The position numbers were made by a program, and so were the translations under genes. A stretch of 64,000 nt of DNA from Chlorokybus atmophyticus (Eukaryota > Plantae > Mesostigma and Chlorokybus algae): assembly GCA_009103225.1 (NCBI GenBank), contig RHPI01002048.1, positions 1,079,906 to 1,143,905 on the forward strand, read 5' to 3'. Numbering within the stretch: the first letter of the stretch is position 1; every line of letters starts with the position of its first letter. Of the stretch, positions 12,202-24,388 are shown one piece after another. The notes under the pieces were generated by a model that was given only the letters and a program-made list of their open reading frames with translations, had not been told where the DNA came from and did no database searches.

Positions 12202-15200
12202 ATGGCGCCATTCAATCGCATTGCCTCACAGCGCGCAAAGGCAGCCGCGGCAGCTGCCAAAGATGTCCAAACCCCACCCACACCGACACCCAGAGATACA
12301 CTTACATCCTCAACAACGCCTGCACCTCGAACACCCCGCCCTTCTGGCTTGACTGAAGTTCCATCTACATCTCCACACACAGCAACACCTGTACCTCCAA
12401 CACCACGCCCCCCCGGCTGGACTGTTCCACCCACACCTACTGGCACACCTAGAATCGTACCCACCCACCCACCCACCCCCCGGGAATTTCCACCTCATCT
12501 GCCGGTACGCCCTGCAGGATGGTACAACGATGGAACGACTGTGGGTGGGATGCCAGCTCCACGTGACCCCGCATTCGTACTGCCATTCACACCCATACCG
12601 AACACATCCACACCCACACCCACACCCACGCCTGCGGCCCCACCCACACGCACTAGCACCGGAGTCTCATCTACACCTACACCTACACCCACACCCGTGC
12701 GCACACCCACACCCACGGCCGCAGCCCCACCTACACACCCCAACACCGGACTTCTACCCACACCCACACCTGCGCGCACACCCACACCTACACGACCGCC
12801 AATACCTCCACATGCCCGCACCACTGGGTGTTCATCCCCATCCATACCCGCGCGCACACCCACACCCACACGAATGCCAACACCTCCACGTCCCCGCACC
12901 ACCACCGCAGTTCCACCCACACCCGCTCGCACCTCCACAACCACAAGAACACCTCCACGTGCCCGCACCACCACACCCACACCCACACCCACACCCACCC
13001 GCACACCAGCACCCACACGCACACCCACATCACAAACTGCAGGCACCACCAGAGCACCAACCACACCCACGCCCACACCCGTGCGTACACCCACATCCAC
13101 GCATGCAGCTGGAGCTGCGCCATCCACCAGCAATCAAGAGCGGATGGGGCCAGCTGAGGTCCCGGTATGTATACACGCATGCACACATGTGCGCACGGTC
13201 TGCTTTGGTTTCAGCATGCTTATGTGCCTTGCATATGCAGCACGGGTATCGACATGACTTGGGCGGACACACGCTGAGCGAGTGGAAGGAGCGTGCTGAA
13301 GACATGATCCAGAATTGTCGCAAACACACGCTTAAGAACTACACCTTTGCCAAACAAGGATATGAGGTGCAGCTGCAGTCACACACCTTCAGAGCATTCA
13401 GTGATGCGTGTGTACACATGTTTTGCGTTCAAACTTGTATGTATGCGTGTGCTTATGGCTGAGTTAGGCTTGGTGTCGCGAGCATGGACCAGGCTGGTCT
13501 GTCTTGCCCGATGTAGCGGACATGGACATCACAATCTGTCGTGCGGAGTCTTATCTCGACCATTTGAGTACTCACAAGGTAATTGCAATCGCCTCATGAC
13601 ATGTAACATGCATAGCTTCACATCATGACTGATAGTGCCGCTTTGCAGTCCTCCCCGATACTGCAACAAACTTTCAACGGATTGACATTTTGGCATTCAA
13701 TGCTTCCGAAGAGGCCATGAGCCTCCGCACTTTCGCACGCGATGGATGAAGGGCACGCTCAATCGGTCCATCCGCAAGAAGGCGCGTNCACACCCACACC
13801 CACACCCACACCCACCCGCACACCAGCACCCACACGCACACCCACATCACAAACTGCAGGCACCACCAGAGCACCAACCACACCCACGCCCACACCCGTG
13901 CGTACACCCACATCCACGCATGCAGCTGGAGCTGCGCCATCCACCAGCAATCAAGAGCGGATGGGGCCAGCTGAGGTCCCGGTATGTATACACGCATGCA
14001 CACATGTGCGCACGGTCTGCTTTGGTTTCAGCATGCTTATGTGCCTTGCATATGCAGCACGGGTATCGACATGACTTGGGCGGACACACGCTGAGCGAGT
14101 GGAAGGAGCGTGCTGAAGACATGATCCAGAATTGTCGCAAACACACGCTTAAGAACTACACCTTTGCCAAACAAGGATATGAGGTGCAGCTGCAGTCACA
14201 CACCTTCAGAGCATTCAGTGATGCGTGTGTACACATGTTTTGCGTTCAAACTTGTATGTATGCGTGTGCTTATGGCTGAGTTAGGCTTGGTGTCGCGAGC
14301 ATGGACCAGGCTGGTCTGTCTTGCCCGATGTAGCGGACATGGACATCACAATCTGTCGTGCGGAGTCTTATCTCGACCATTTGAGTACTCACAAGGTAAT
14401 TGCAATCGCCTCATGACATGTAACATGCATAGCTTCACATCATGACTGATAGTGCCGCTTTGCAGTCCTCCCCGATACTGCAACAAACTTTCAACGGATT
14501 GACATTTTGGCATTCAATGCTTCCGAAGAGGCCATGAGCCTCCGCACTTTCGCACGCGATGGATGAAGGGCACGCTCAATCGGTCCATCCGCAAGAAGGC
14601 GCGTTTCATCAAGAGGTAAGTCCATGCTGTCTTGTCTTATACACACACGCATGCACTCACCGACGCATGCACACACACTAGCGCATGCGCGTACACGCAC
14701 GCGCGCGCGCACGCACGCACATGCTCACCTTATATGCTGCAGCAATTACGTTGATCGGCAAACGCACACGATCTCCGACGTCATCTCCATAGAGCAGATG
14801 GCGTTGGTGGGCAAGTATTGGCTCTACAAGGGCTACAAGTGCAAGGGAATCTACGCCAAGCGAGCTGTACAAATGCGGTAGGCGTAATGTAGCCTTAGGG
14901 TTGTGTTTGTGAGCGTTGTATGTACTAATGTGTATGTCGATAATATGTGTAGGGCGGATATCTTGACACTGTTCTGCACTATGGCGCGTGATAGCGATCT
15001 GCACAACATGGAGCTACCCAATCACTTCGTCATGCCTCGCGAAGGTGTTGCCCCGGACGATGGAGGTCGTGTACATTGTATCGTGTCTCACCAAGGAGAG
15101 ACAAACTCGGTAGGCATGCGCCTTCGCTCAGCATGCGCACGCGCACGCATACGAGCATGTCCACGCTCAGCACACACACGCAGCTGTACGCATACGCACG

Positions 15201-17754
15201 CATGCACATAGTCTGCACCACAAGCATGCACGCATGCGCCCACACAACGGCAGCGCATACGTACGCATGCGCATTCGCACGTGCAGCACACACATGCGTG
15301 CACACACACGCACGTGCATACACTCCCGCTCAACACACTTACACGCGCATGCACAAGCCTATAGTTAGCACGCACAAGCACGCACGTGCACACATGCACT
15401 CACTGCTACGCGTACAAAGGGTCTGTTGCTATGCTAGGCGGGCCACTCCACTTACATTGGCGCCTTACGCCACAAGAACGTCGTACAATGTAGTGTGGGC
15501 GGGAACTTTATGCGCTTTTTCACCATGCTTCAAAAACGGGGCCCCGACATGACGGCCAAAGAGAAGTGGTGTGTACTATTGCTAAGCATGATGCATACCA
15601 CTTGAAGTCAAGCGTTCTCATGTGTAATGCTTGTGCGTAGGTATGATAACAAAATGACGCCCGGTGACCCCCGCGAGCCCACGGAAGCCATCAACTACAA
15701 GAAGCATCACTACCATTTCCGGGCCACTTTCAAAGAGTTGGGCCTCGTGACATCCAAGGCGACTCACTTACGATTGAGCGCCACTATGGTCGCGGATGGT
15801 GCCGGGTACGTAAAAATATAACACCACATGTAGTATAGGCACACCGCACAAACGCACGCAGCTGCACGAGCACACGCACACATGGGCATGCGCATGCACG
15901 CACCACTCGCGCGTATGCATGCGCGCATGGGCTGCCCGCACACCACTCATGCACGCAGCTGTAGGCACGCGCATGTGTACGCATACACACAAGCACACGC
16001 ACGCAGCTGTACGTACGCGCATGTATATGCGTACACATACGCACACACAGGTGGTACAACAAGCTTGTGACTGACAGGTGCCACACCGAAGATATCAAGC
16101 GCCATGGGAGATGGACAGCAAGCGACAACGAGGCCTTTTATAGAGCGTACTGGTAAGTGCTTCCATATTGCATCATATGTTACTTAGTCATTGTGAGTTG
16201 GCATCTTACAAGTGCGTACATGCACCCACGCGCAGCTCTAGCCTACCCTTCTCGACGTTGCTGGCCATGGCCGGACATGATCCTCACATCCCCACACGCA
16301 TTGCCTACCGCCTTCCTCGCTCACGTGTCAAGCCCCCGACGCAGCTGCGAGAGAAGATCTTCCCCTGGCTTGACAACAAGATGTTCAAGCTTATGCGGGT
16401 ATGTACCATTGCGTTGAGTTATATTCTATTAGCGGTGTGTGTTGATGCTAGTTGCTTGATTGTACAGAGAAATGCAAGCCAATTGGTACCGCACAAGAAG
16501 AAAGATAATGCCGGTGTAAAGTTCCTGGAGTGCTTGGACTGGGGGCGTGATGTCCTGCTGCAGGATGTTGCCTGTCTTCAAGATGAGGCCATCAATGCGC
16601 TCGGCGACACCGTGGTCAACCACCCCATCTTCGGCAACGACATCTTCTCCGGCGAGGTGTGGGACGCTTTCAAGAAACAAGTGCTTGAGGAGGTGCGCAT
16701 GGATACCGCGCGGCCTATACTTGAAAACGTACCTGACTCGGTAAGTTTCAAGTTGTTGCATGCACTTGTCATGTACTCAGAGTGAGATTGCATGTGTGTG
16801 GTACACGTGTTAATCCCGTGGCATACATTACAGGTATCGCGCGCTATCAACGACATTGCTCAAGCCGCACTTGCGAGCAAAGAAGACATGAGGCAAACAA
16901 GGGAGTTTCTTGCTAAGCTCACAGAGCAAGTCAACCTCCTAGCGCATGAGGTGTATGATCAGCGACGAGGCAAGCCGTACGGCGGCATGCCTGCGGTGTT
17001 TAAGACCACCAACCCTGCCACCTTAACCGTCGCGGGTGAGTGTGACAATGTATACACATTTGTCATTGACCCACGCACGCACGCACGCACATGTACACGG
17101 TCATGTACACGAACGCACGCACGCAGCTGCACGCACACACTCGTGCACACGCACATGCACACTTAGGCCCACACATGTACAGAATGTCAAGTTACTAATG
17201 CAAAGAGATTTGTGCAGCACCAGGGGGGTCAACTACACGCCAACCTTCGACACCAGGCTTGCGACCAATGGACTCGGATGGTGAGGAGGTCGACACCGAG
17301 GAAGAACTTCGCCACAAGTTCCCAGCCGCTGTGGCTTTCAACGGCGATGTTGCACAGTATGAGTTGGAGAAGCTACCACCCAGCATGCCGAACGACAAGA
17401 AGCTAATGCAACTGTGGCTAGTAAGTATTTACTTGATTACTAAACACATAGATACAGTGCTTGGTGCTGTTCTACATGCCGTGTGAACACATTCATTTGC
17501 AGGAATGGAGTTTAGGGCTCGGGATATACAAGAAGCCAGCTATACGTTTGCTGAATCAAACATATGGCAGCCGATGGCGGCTACCAACTCAAAAGTCACA
17601 ATACTCCAAGTATCTCAATCTGTGGGAGGCCATGCAAGTAGACTCTGAGCGCATGGCAGAGCGGGAGCTGCTCCTGTTCTACAACAAAGAGGTGGAGCGG
17701 GCGGGTACGGTCTTCAAGCTGATGGAGGAGCTGCGAAAAGTGGAGGTACAGTAG
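12202..17754 (+). mobile_element. CryptonF-type tyrosine-recombinase transposon gene (YR/NDC10-like domain plus GCR1_C domain), about 14 exons, probably pseudogenised
   Basis: GT-AG exons at about 12200-13164, 13241-13366, 13467-13578, 14466-14615, 14743-14877, 14953-15109, 15438-15568, 15641-15805, 16078-16152, 16242-16398, 16468-16740, 16834-17035, 17218-17420 and 17503-17754. They splice to KHTLKNYTFAKQGYEAWC, NYVDRQTHTISD, RADILTLFCTMARDS...GETNS, RHKNVVQCSVG, SKATHLRLSA, IKRHGRW...FYRAY, AMAGH...LPRSRVKPP...IFPWLD, KFLECLDWGRDVLLQD and LW|LEWSLG...PAIRLLNQTYGSRWR. These motifs are typical of CryptonF. There is a frameshift inside exon 4. Element termini were not located. Confidence 0.85.
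12972..14604 (+). repeat. Apparently identical 816-bp tandem duplication (12972-13787 / 13789-14604) joined by a single N; probable assembly artefact
   Basis: The two copies sit at a constant offset of 817 and are separated by n at 13788. The ORF track is duplicated at the same offset. Confidence 0.85.
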
Positions 17755-18149
17755 AACGCGGCACAAGGACGCGTATGCGGCCGCAAGCGCAAGCCCCACG
17801 ACGAGAGCGGCGCAAACGCGGATGCCGACGACGATGATGCATAACAGAATGTTAGGATAATCGTGATTACTTGATGTATAACACTACTCACATGTGGGTG
17901 TGGGTGTGCGTATGGGTGTGTGTGAGTGTGAGTGCGCGCGCGTGCGTGCGCGCGTGTACATATGTGCGTGTGCTCATGCATGCGCGTGCTGCCACATGCA
18001 ATGTGTACATGCTGGTATTTGCGTGCCTTTTGCTCGTATGTTGCCACATAACCATTGTTATTGCGAATGCGCAGATGCGATCTAACCAAACATACACTAC
18101 CATGTCTTGGACAGCTAGCATAACAGATCTATGTAACCTTAAGTTACTG

Positions 18150-21100
18150 GGTTTGTTTAGCTTGCCCGTCGTGGTGTCGAACACCACTCTTGTGCGGGTG
18201 CTGTCATACGTGGTTGCTGTCGCCTCCCGTGTGTGCATGTGATTGCGCGTGGCTGTGGCAGCCACTTGTCTTGTTGGGCACGCATGCGTGACACCAACTC
18301 ACGAGGCAGGAAGCCCGGTACCTCTCCGTCATCTTCATCCCAATGGTCGGAACAACGCCCGCTCCGTTCAGGAGTCAATGCCCATACCCACGGGGAAGTC
18401 CTTTCCAAGCAGAAAATCGAAGGAGCCAGCGTTGGTGACCACGCAATGCTGAATGATTTGCGTGATGTGGGTCAAATCCAGCCCTGTCAACCGGATGCAG
18501 AGGGTCTCCTTGGTGACCCCCCTCACTTTGTCACGGCTCCCCATTGATGTGTCCAATACGTATCAGCATGGCATCAGGTCTGGGATGGTGATGCCAAGGG
18601 ACCGCGCGAGGAAGCGCTTGATGATGACTGGCTGTGCTCCGGTGTCCAGCATCACCCGCTTGGGTGCTAGGCCATAATGGTCACATGCTTGCCTTTGTTG
18701 GCTACCATGGCAGCGTTGGCGTTGATGGGTAGCCTCTGGGTGCGGGCTGTCGGCACCAATGCCTCATGTCTCTTAGCTGATTGGCGACAAGCCACGTCAC
18801 GAGGCGTGCTCGAGAGGCGCTGCCTTCTCGCATCCCCATCATATGTCTCAATGCACTGCCCTCAGGCCGGTGCAGCATGACTGCTTGCCGTATGAGAGCG
18901 GTACGAAGTGTTGATCTCCTACCATACCAGCTCCTCCTCGCTGGGCGGTGTCTCCTTATGGGGTGAGGTACCCTCGCCCTACATCACGTTGGTCGTCGGG
19001 CATACCATCGATCAGAGGGGGCCGTAGCGGGGGCGATTACCCCGCTTCATTGTTGCGCCAGCGCCTTCGCTTTGTCAGCAACATTTGTTTGCCCTGGCTG
19101 CGTGACTGTGGTTTGCGCTGATGGCACCACGGCAATTGCAATGGAGGTGCCGGCAACATCTGACGGTCCCGCGGGTTGCACCGCAGCGGTGGTGCTGCGT
19201 CGTACGCCTGTCGTCGTGCGTCCACTTGCGCGGCTTGATTTTGCCGAAAGCGATGTGCCGGTTCAAGAGCAGAAGACCGTTAATGATGACTCCCCGATGT
19301 GAGTCCACGAAGTGCCGGGTCAGCGCCCAGCGGCATGTTTGAGGTGGTCACCATGAGGTATTACACTCGGCGATGCTGGAGTCCGAGCAGGTCCAGGTCC
19401 CTAAAGAGACGATCTTGCATTTCAAGAGCAGTGTTAATTTGATTCTCATCTTCCAACTGTTGGTGGGCTCCGGCAGTGTATGGTATTCGGGCAGCGGCAG
19501 GATGCGGTCATCTCACGCTTCGCAACGTTGTGCGTTGCCCCTCGGGTCCGTACGCAATGGTGGGCTCAATGTTGCGCAGGAAGGACACCCAAGCGCGCTC
19601 TGCTTGCGGTTCCGGGTGGCACTTGTTGAGTGACATGCACGCACGGAGGAGGGGCCGCACGAACCCCTAATGGTGCGGCGGCAGTGACAACTAGGGCTAA
19701 TAGAGGTGCGGCAACATCACCTGCATTAACAGTTGTGGCACCTGCAGCATTTGTGGTGATGGAGGTCGCCACTGTAATTGTCTCAGCAGTCGTGACTAAG
19801 GCAGTGTTCGCAGCTGTAGCGGGTGTGCTGCCAACACCACCAGTGGGTTCGCCAGCCATGATTGCAGCAGCCTCAATGGCGGTCATCTCTGGCGCGAACG
19901 TAGTGCTGGGTAAATCCGCACTAGCGGCACCTGTGGGTGTTGTCGTCGACGAGGTCGTCACAGCAAGGGTTGCGGCCGCCAATCCAGCCCCACTTGTGGT
20001 TTACGACGATGCTGCTGTTGACGATGCGCCTGCCTCTCTGCGCGCATGTTTCGATGGTTGACACGCGATGCAAGGGTGTCTATTTCGCGTTTCCGTGCCA
20101 TCAAGGCCCATCGGGCAAGGCAGCAGGCTTGGTAGTGTTTCTCCTTGTCTTCTTCCAGCTGGGCCACTCGTGCCATGAGGTCCGCGGCTTGGTCGATAGC
20201 TGGTGAACTGGCTGATGCTCTGACAGCAGCTCCAACGCGAGGGCGTCCCTCGAGTCCCTTGCGCTGTGGAGGGCGGTTCTTCCCTATATAGCTAGTCTCC
20301 TCATTTCAAGCGCCGGCGTGGTTGTTGTTGGGGTTGTGGCCACCAGCGTTGTTGCCGGTAATGTGACCACCAGCGTTGAAGTTGTTGTAGCCTCCGCTTT
20401 TATTGTTATTATTACTGTTAATGCTACGATGGCCATCAGTGCTGTTGCTATTGTTGTAGCCAATGGAGGGCCGCAGCTCGAGGAGTTCAAAGGAGTTCAG
20501 CCTGCATACCGCCTTTAAGTCCCGTCTTGTGGCAGTAGTTGCACACAAGGTTGCCGTAATCTTCGGTGCACTCCTTTTGGAAGTGCCCATGTCAACCACA
20601 CCGATGGCACAGCACTGGAGCAACAAGGGCGGCATAAGCTAACCGTTTGTCCTTGTTGCGCGTGACTGGAGCAACCCGGTTGCGATCTCGTCGAGGGGCT
20701 CAGCACTCGCGTTTGCCATGGGATGTGAGGCGCTTCGGCTGGTGTCCAACACTGCCTTCTTATGCACCGCACGCTTGTGAATGGCTTGTGCGGTCTCAAA
20801 AGCTTCCTTGAGGGTGTAGCCGAGGGGCCTAATGTAGTTCAATGTAAAACGCGTCGACTCACTGCAGGTGGGGTCCAACACAGCCACGTACGCCACTGCG
20901 GCTGCCTCCTCGCTGACGATTTTGTAATCAGTGTTCTTCAGTAGTCCTTTCAACCACGAATACAGCCGGAGAGGGTCCTCGTTGGGCTTCCGTCGAAAGC
21001 GTCGCAACTCCTCTACCTTGCTGGTAGTCTGGGGCAGGAAGGTACGCCGCAATGCCGCGCACAAGTCCTTGAGAGGAGAGTCCGACATGATAGCACCAAC

Positions 21101-23265
21101 GGTGATGGCTGGTGCGCGCAACGCCACCGAGCCAAGTGTGACGAGGCTGATCCCTGCCGGAGTATGCGAGCCCGGTGTTGGCGGTACTGGTGTCCCCGTT
21201 TCCAAGGCTACAGCTTATTGTTCAGCTTGCTGAGCTTCGATAATGGCAGCGGTGCGGTTGAGCACTCAGGTCTGTCGGTCGTCCTTTTTGACCTCGACCT
21301 CTGCAGGTGCTAACGAGGCAACAACCAGCTCGGCTTCTTCGTCCTTTGCTTGTTGCATGGCCAAGGCTAATGCCCGCCCAGTGACTAGGTTTGGAGGGAC
21401 CACTGCCGCTGAGGCGGCAGCTGCTGGGCTATACGTCGGCAGGTGCTATGGTGCTGGCAAGCTCGCCATAGCCATTAACTCTGTGCAGCTCAGCAATGGA
21501 CTTTCACACATCGTGTGCCTCATAATCAAGGTACTACCGCAGGCGCGGCGCCATGATTGTCACAGCCCACTCGACCACAAAAGACTTAGTGCTTTTATGG
21601 TCGATTTGTGGTAATTTAATGTACCTTCCCGTTACATTCCCCCCCACTTAAGAACGCTGATGTCCTCGGCAGCTGGCGCCCATCAGCTGGGGAATCAATC
21701 CCAGGGGTCTGATTTAGGGTCGGTCACCGGCCCCACCATCCAAGGACCGGCCAATTTAGGCCCATACCAATCAACGCGCGCATAGCGCGCCGCTGCCGGC
21801 CCCACAGGTCGCGTCGCCGCGATAGGCAGGTCGCGCCCTGCCGCGCCGACTGGACTGGTCAGTTCGGCGCGACTGCCATTAGGCAAGTCGCGATCCATCG
21901 ATGATGGTACTTATAAAGTGACCATTTACGATGTTATTGGATCGAGAAACAACAACCGCGGCGATGGATTCGTGTGCAAGGCAGGAATCGAACCCGGGTC
22001 TCAAGCTCCGATGACCAATGTCACAGCCCACTCGACCACAAAAGACTTGGTGCTTTTATGGTCGATTTGTGGTAATTAAATGTACCTTCCCGTTACAATG
22101 ATATAGAATGACACCTCATCTGACAAATCCATGTTCTTGAGTGCTTGCTGCCGCATCTTGGAGTGGAACTTGATGATGAACTCATCAAATGGTGTGGTGC
22201 CCGCACGTCCGGAGAAGCGCAGGGAGTTGATTGAGCTTGAAGGCTTCATTTTTTCTTTGTCACTGTCCGAAAGAGGTGGAGAAGCTTGATGGCAAGGAGT
22301 GAAGTGGGAGGAGGTTAAGCCGGAACGGGGCGCGAGCCTCTGCTGCTACGGCAATTGCTTCCTTCACTTGCTCGTTCGTAGGTGAGGTTGGAGGTCAGGC
22401 TCCGGTTGCTGAGGTCCCCCTCGTCTATTGGCAAGAACGGGGTGGGCCTGCACATACAGCTGATGCGAAGGTGAAAGTATATGCAGGGTAGAGTGTTTGT
22501 GCTTTACGGTTATCTCAATTCTGCTACTACTCACCGCACTAGTACTTGTGCGCACTATGTGATGTTAGTGATAATGATGCACGAGGATGTATCCAACTGC
22601 AAGCTGCACTTCCGATGTGCAGGATGCAACCACACTCACTTTAGCAATGAGGGTGACACTGTGAGTCAACAAGCCATTACTATAGGCAGTGCTGTTCACA
22701 CAGTTGTTTGCATGAGTGGAAAATGTGTTACACTGTTAAGTGAGGTAAATGAGCAAGCAACATGTGGATGCTATGCCCTGACTGATGCCAACAAGCACAC
22801 CGCGACCAAGCGCACCAAGCTCACAGCAACGACAAGCACGGTGCACACGAGCATGCATAGACTCTCACACGGTGAGGGGATTCTTAATGACTAGGATGGT
22901 GTGTTCGTAGTTCAAGTCGCTTCACAAGCTCATAGATTTCTCACTCACGGTGTCGCCAGCTAATGCGGTGAACACCGCGACTACTTTTACAGATCAAATC
23001 ATGACTGTTCAGAACACAAGTTAACCGTTATATCGGGTCTATACCCACAAAAACTCCTCAACGATACAGAACATAACGTGTAACAAAATGCACAACTGAA
23101 ACACCTACGCGCGTTGCCTATGTAGGCAACGGGCATCAGGTGGTCCAAGTTCACGATCTAGCTACTGGTCAGTGACGCGCAAGTTGGTATGCTGATAGCT
23201 CGGGCGAGGGTCTTGATGTAAGCATGCCCGATGCAGGCTGGCACACGAGGACAATGGGCATGACA
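18150..23265 (-). mobile_element. Degenerate, 3'-truncated Ty3/Gypsy copy (5' repeat B, gag with CCHC knuckles, aspartic protease); same family as 44839-56535
   Basis: It begins TGTCATG at 23265 on the minus strand. The gag ORF at 20639-21205 (PLKDLCAALRRTF...RRKPNEDPLRLY) matches 46168-46695. The protease remnant (VMLDTGAQPVII...FDFLLGKDF..GMGIDSW, about 18330-18680) matches 51470-51814. Many stops and frameshifts. Confidence 0.85.
21558..22097 (-). mobile_element. TRIM (mini LTR retrotransposon), 540 bp, 79-bp LTRs
   Basis: Direct repeats at 21558-21636 and 22019-22097, each TG...CA, with a 5-bp TSD ATGAT on both sides. On the minus strand a PBS-like TGGTCATCGGAGC follows the 5' LTR and a PPT AAGTGGGGGGAA precedes the 3' LTR. 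It is inserted in the Gypsy leader. Confidence 0.9.
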
Positions 23266-23556
23266 GCCCTCACTTGGAGGGGGAGGAGGGCCCCTTTAAC
23301 AGTTAAGCCAAGCACCCCAATCTCATAGCGAGACAGCACCAGATTGAATGGCAGACCCATTCTAGCTTAGCCTTGATTACTCCTCTACTAATGCCTTCCC
23401 ACTTGGCCACACGCTTACTCAACGGCCTCCGGCTTCATTGATTGGCATGTGCTGACGCAATCTTATCTCTTAGCTACATAAATGTACATATACATGTTCT
23501 CTCAATAATTAAATGGCTTCTTTCATGCAAAGCTGTCAGTGTACACACACATATGT

Positions 23557-23558
<2 letters not shown>

Positions 23559-23610
<52 letters not shown>

Positions 23611-23893
23611 ATATATATATACATATGTATACATATATATATTGTATGCATGAATTGTAATGCATGCATATCATAAGTGTAGAGTTATGTATATATAACA
23701 AACTATACACATACTATGTGCGCTTTATATGAACATGTTCCGCACACAATATGACAGACATATTTATATATATACATATATAGATTACATGCATGTATTG
23801 TGATGCATGCATGTAATAAGTGTAGAGTTATGTATATATAACAAACATACTATGTGCGCTTCATATGAACATGTTCCGCACACAATATGACAG
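23559..23893. repeat. (CA)n microsatellite followed by a roughly 120-135 bp tandem duplication
   Basis: (CA)n at 23559-23607. The unit ending catactatgtgcgct...cacaatatgacaga occurs twice (about 23640-23758 and 23780-23893). Confidence 0.8.
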
Positions 23894-24388
23894 ATGGCTT
23901 TGAGAGTACACGAACACTCTATACCACCGCACACATAGATTAGAAATGATGCACGGTGCACAACCCGTTACTCGTAGTCATCAAAGCAGCTACCCGTTGA
24001 GCGACCCGTGACCGACTGTTGGAATGATGTTCGACCAGCCTTTCTAGGCACGACGTTCGCGACGCAACGAACGCTTGTCAACAAACGTGCGCTCCAGTCA
24101 GACTGGACCCCAGTCAACCGGCCGCCGGCTCTTTAGGGGGCCACGGCTAGCCGGTGCAGGCGACCGCGAAGAAACCCTGCCAATCCACCGACGCGGCCGC
24201 GAGGGCCGCGGCGTTGCTGCCCGAGTTTCCGGCCGCTTGGCGCCCGCCGGTCACTTCGCATCCGCGCGCGTCTCTGCCCGGGTTTCTGGGTTTCCCGACC
24301 GGTTTCGGCCGGGGCATTAGACCATATACAACCATAACACGAACAGACGGCGATCTTTGGCCTTTTTCGACTGATTAGCCACGCAAGG

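Noticed and set aside
13789-14604. Apparent exon duplication in the Crypton gene
   Set aside because: Identical copy joined by a single N; treated as contig overlap.
21973-22005. tRNA gene candidates (GGTTCGATTCC-type motifs here, at about 48415-48448 and at about 48080-48105)
   Set aside because: Only T-arm/3'-half-like sequence with no D-arm or anticodon arm; they lie within TRIM internal regions, so they are not annotated as tRNAs.
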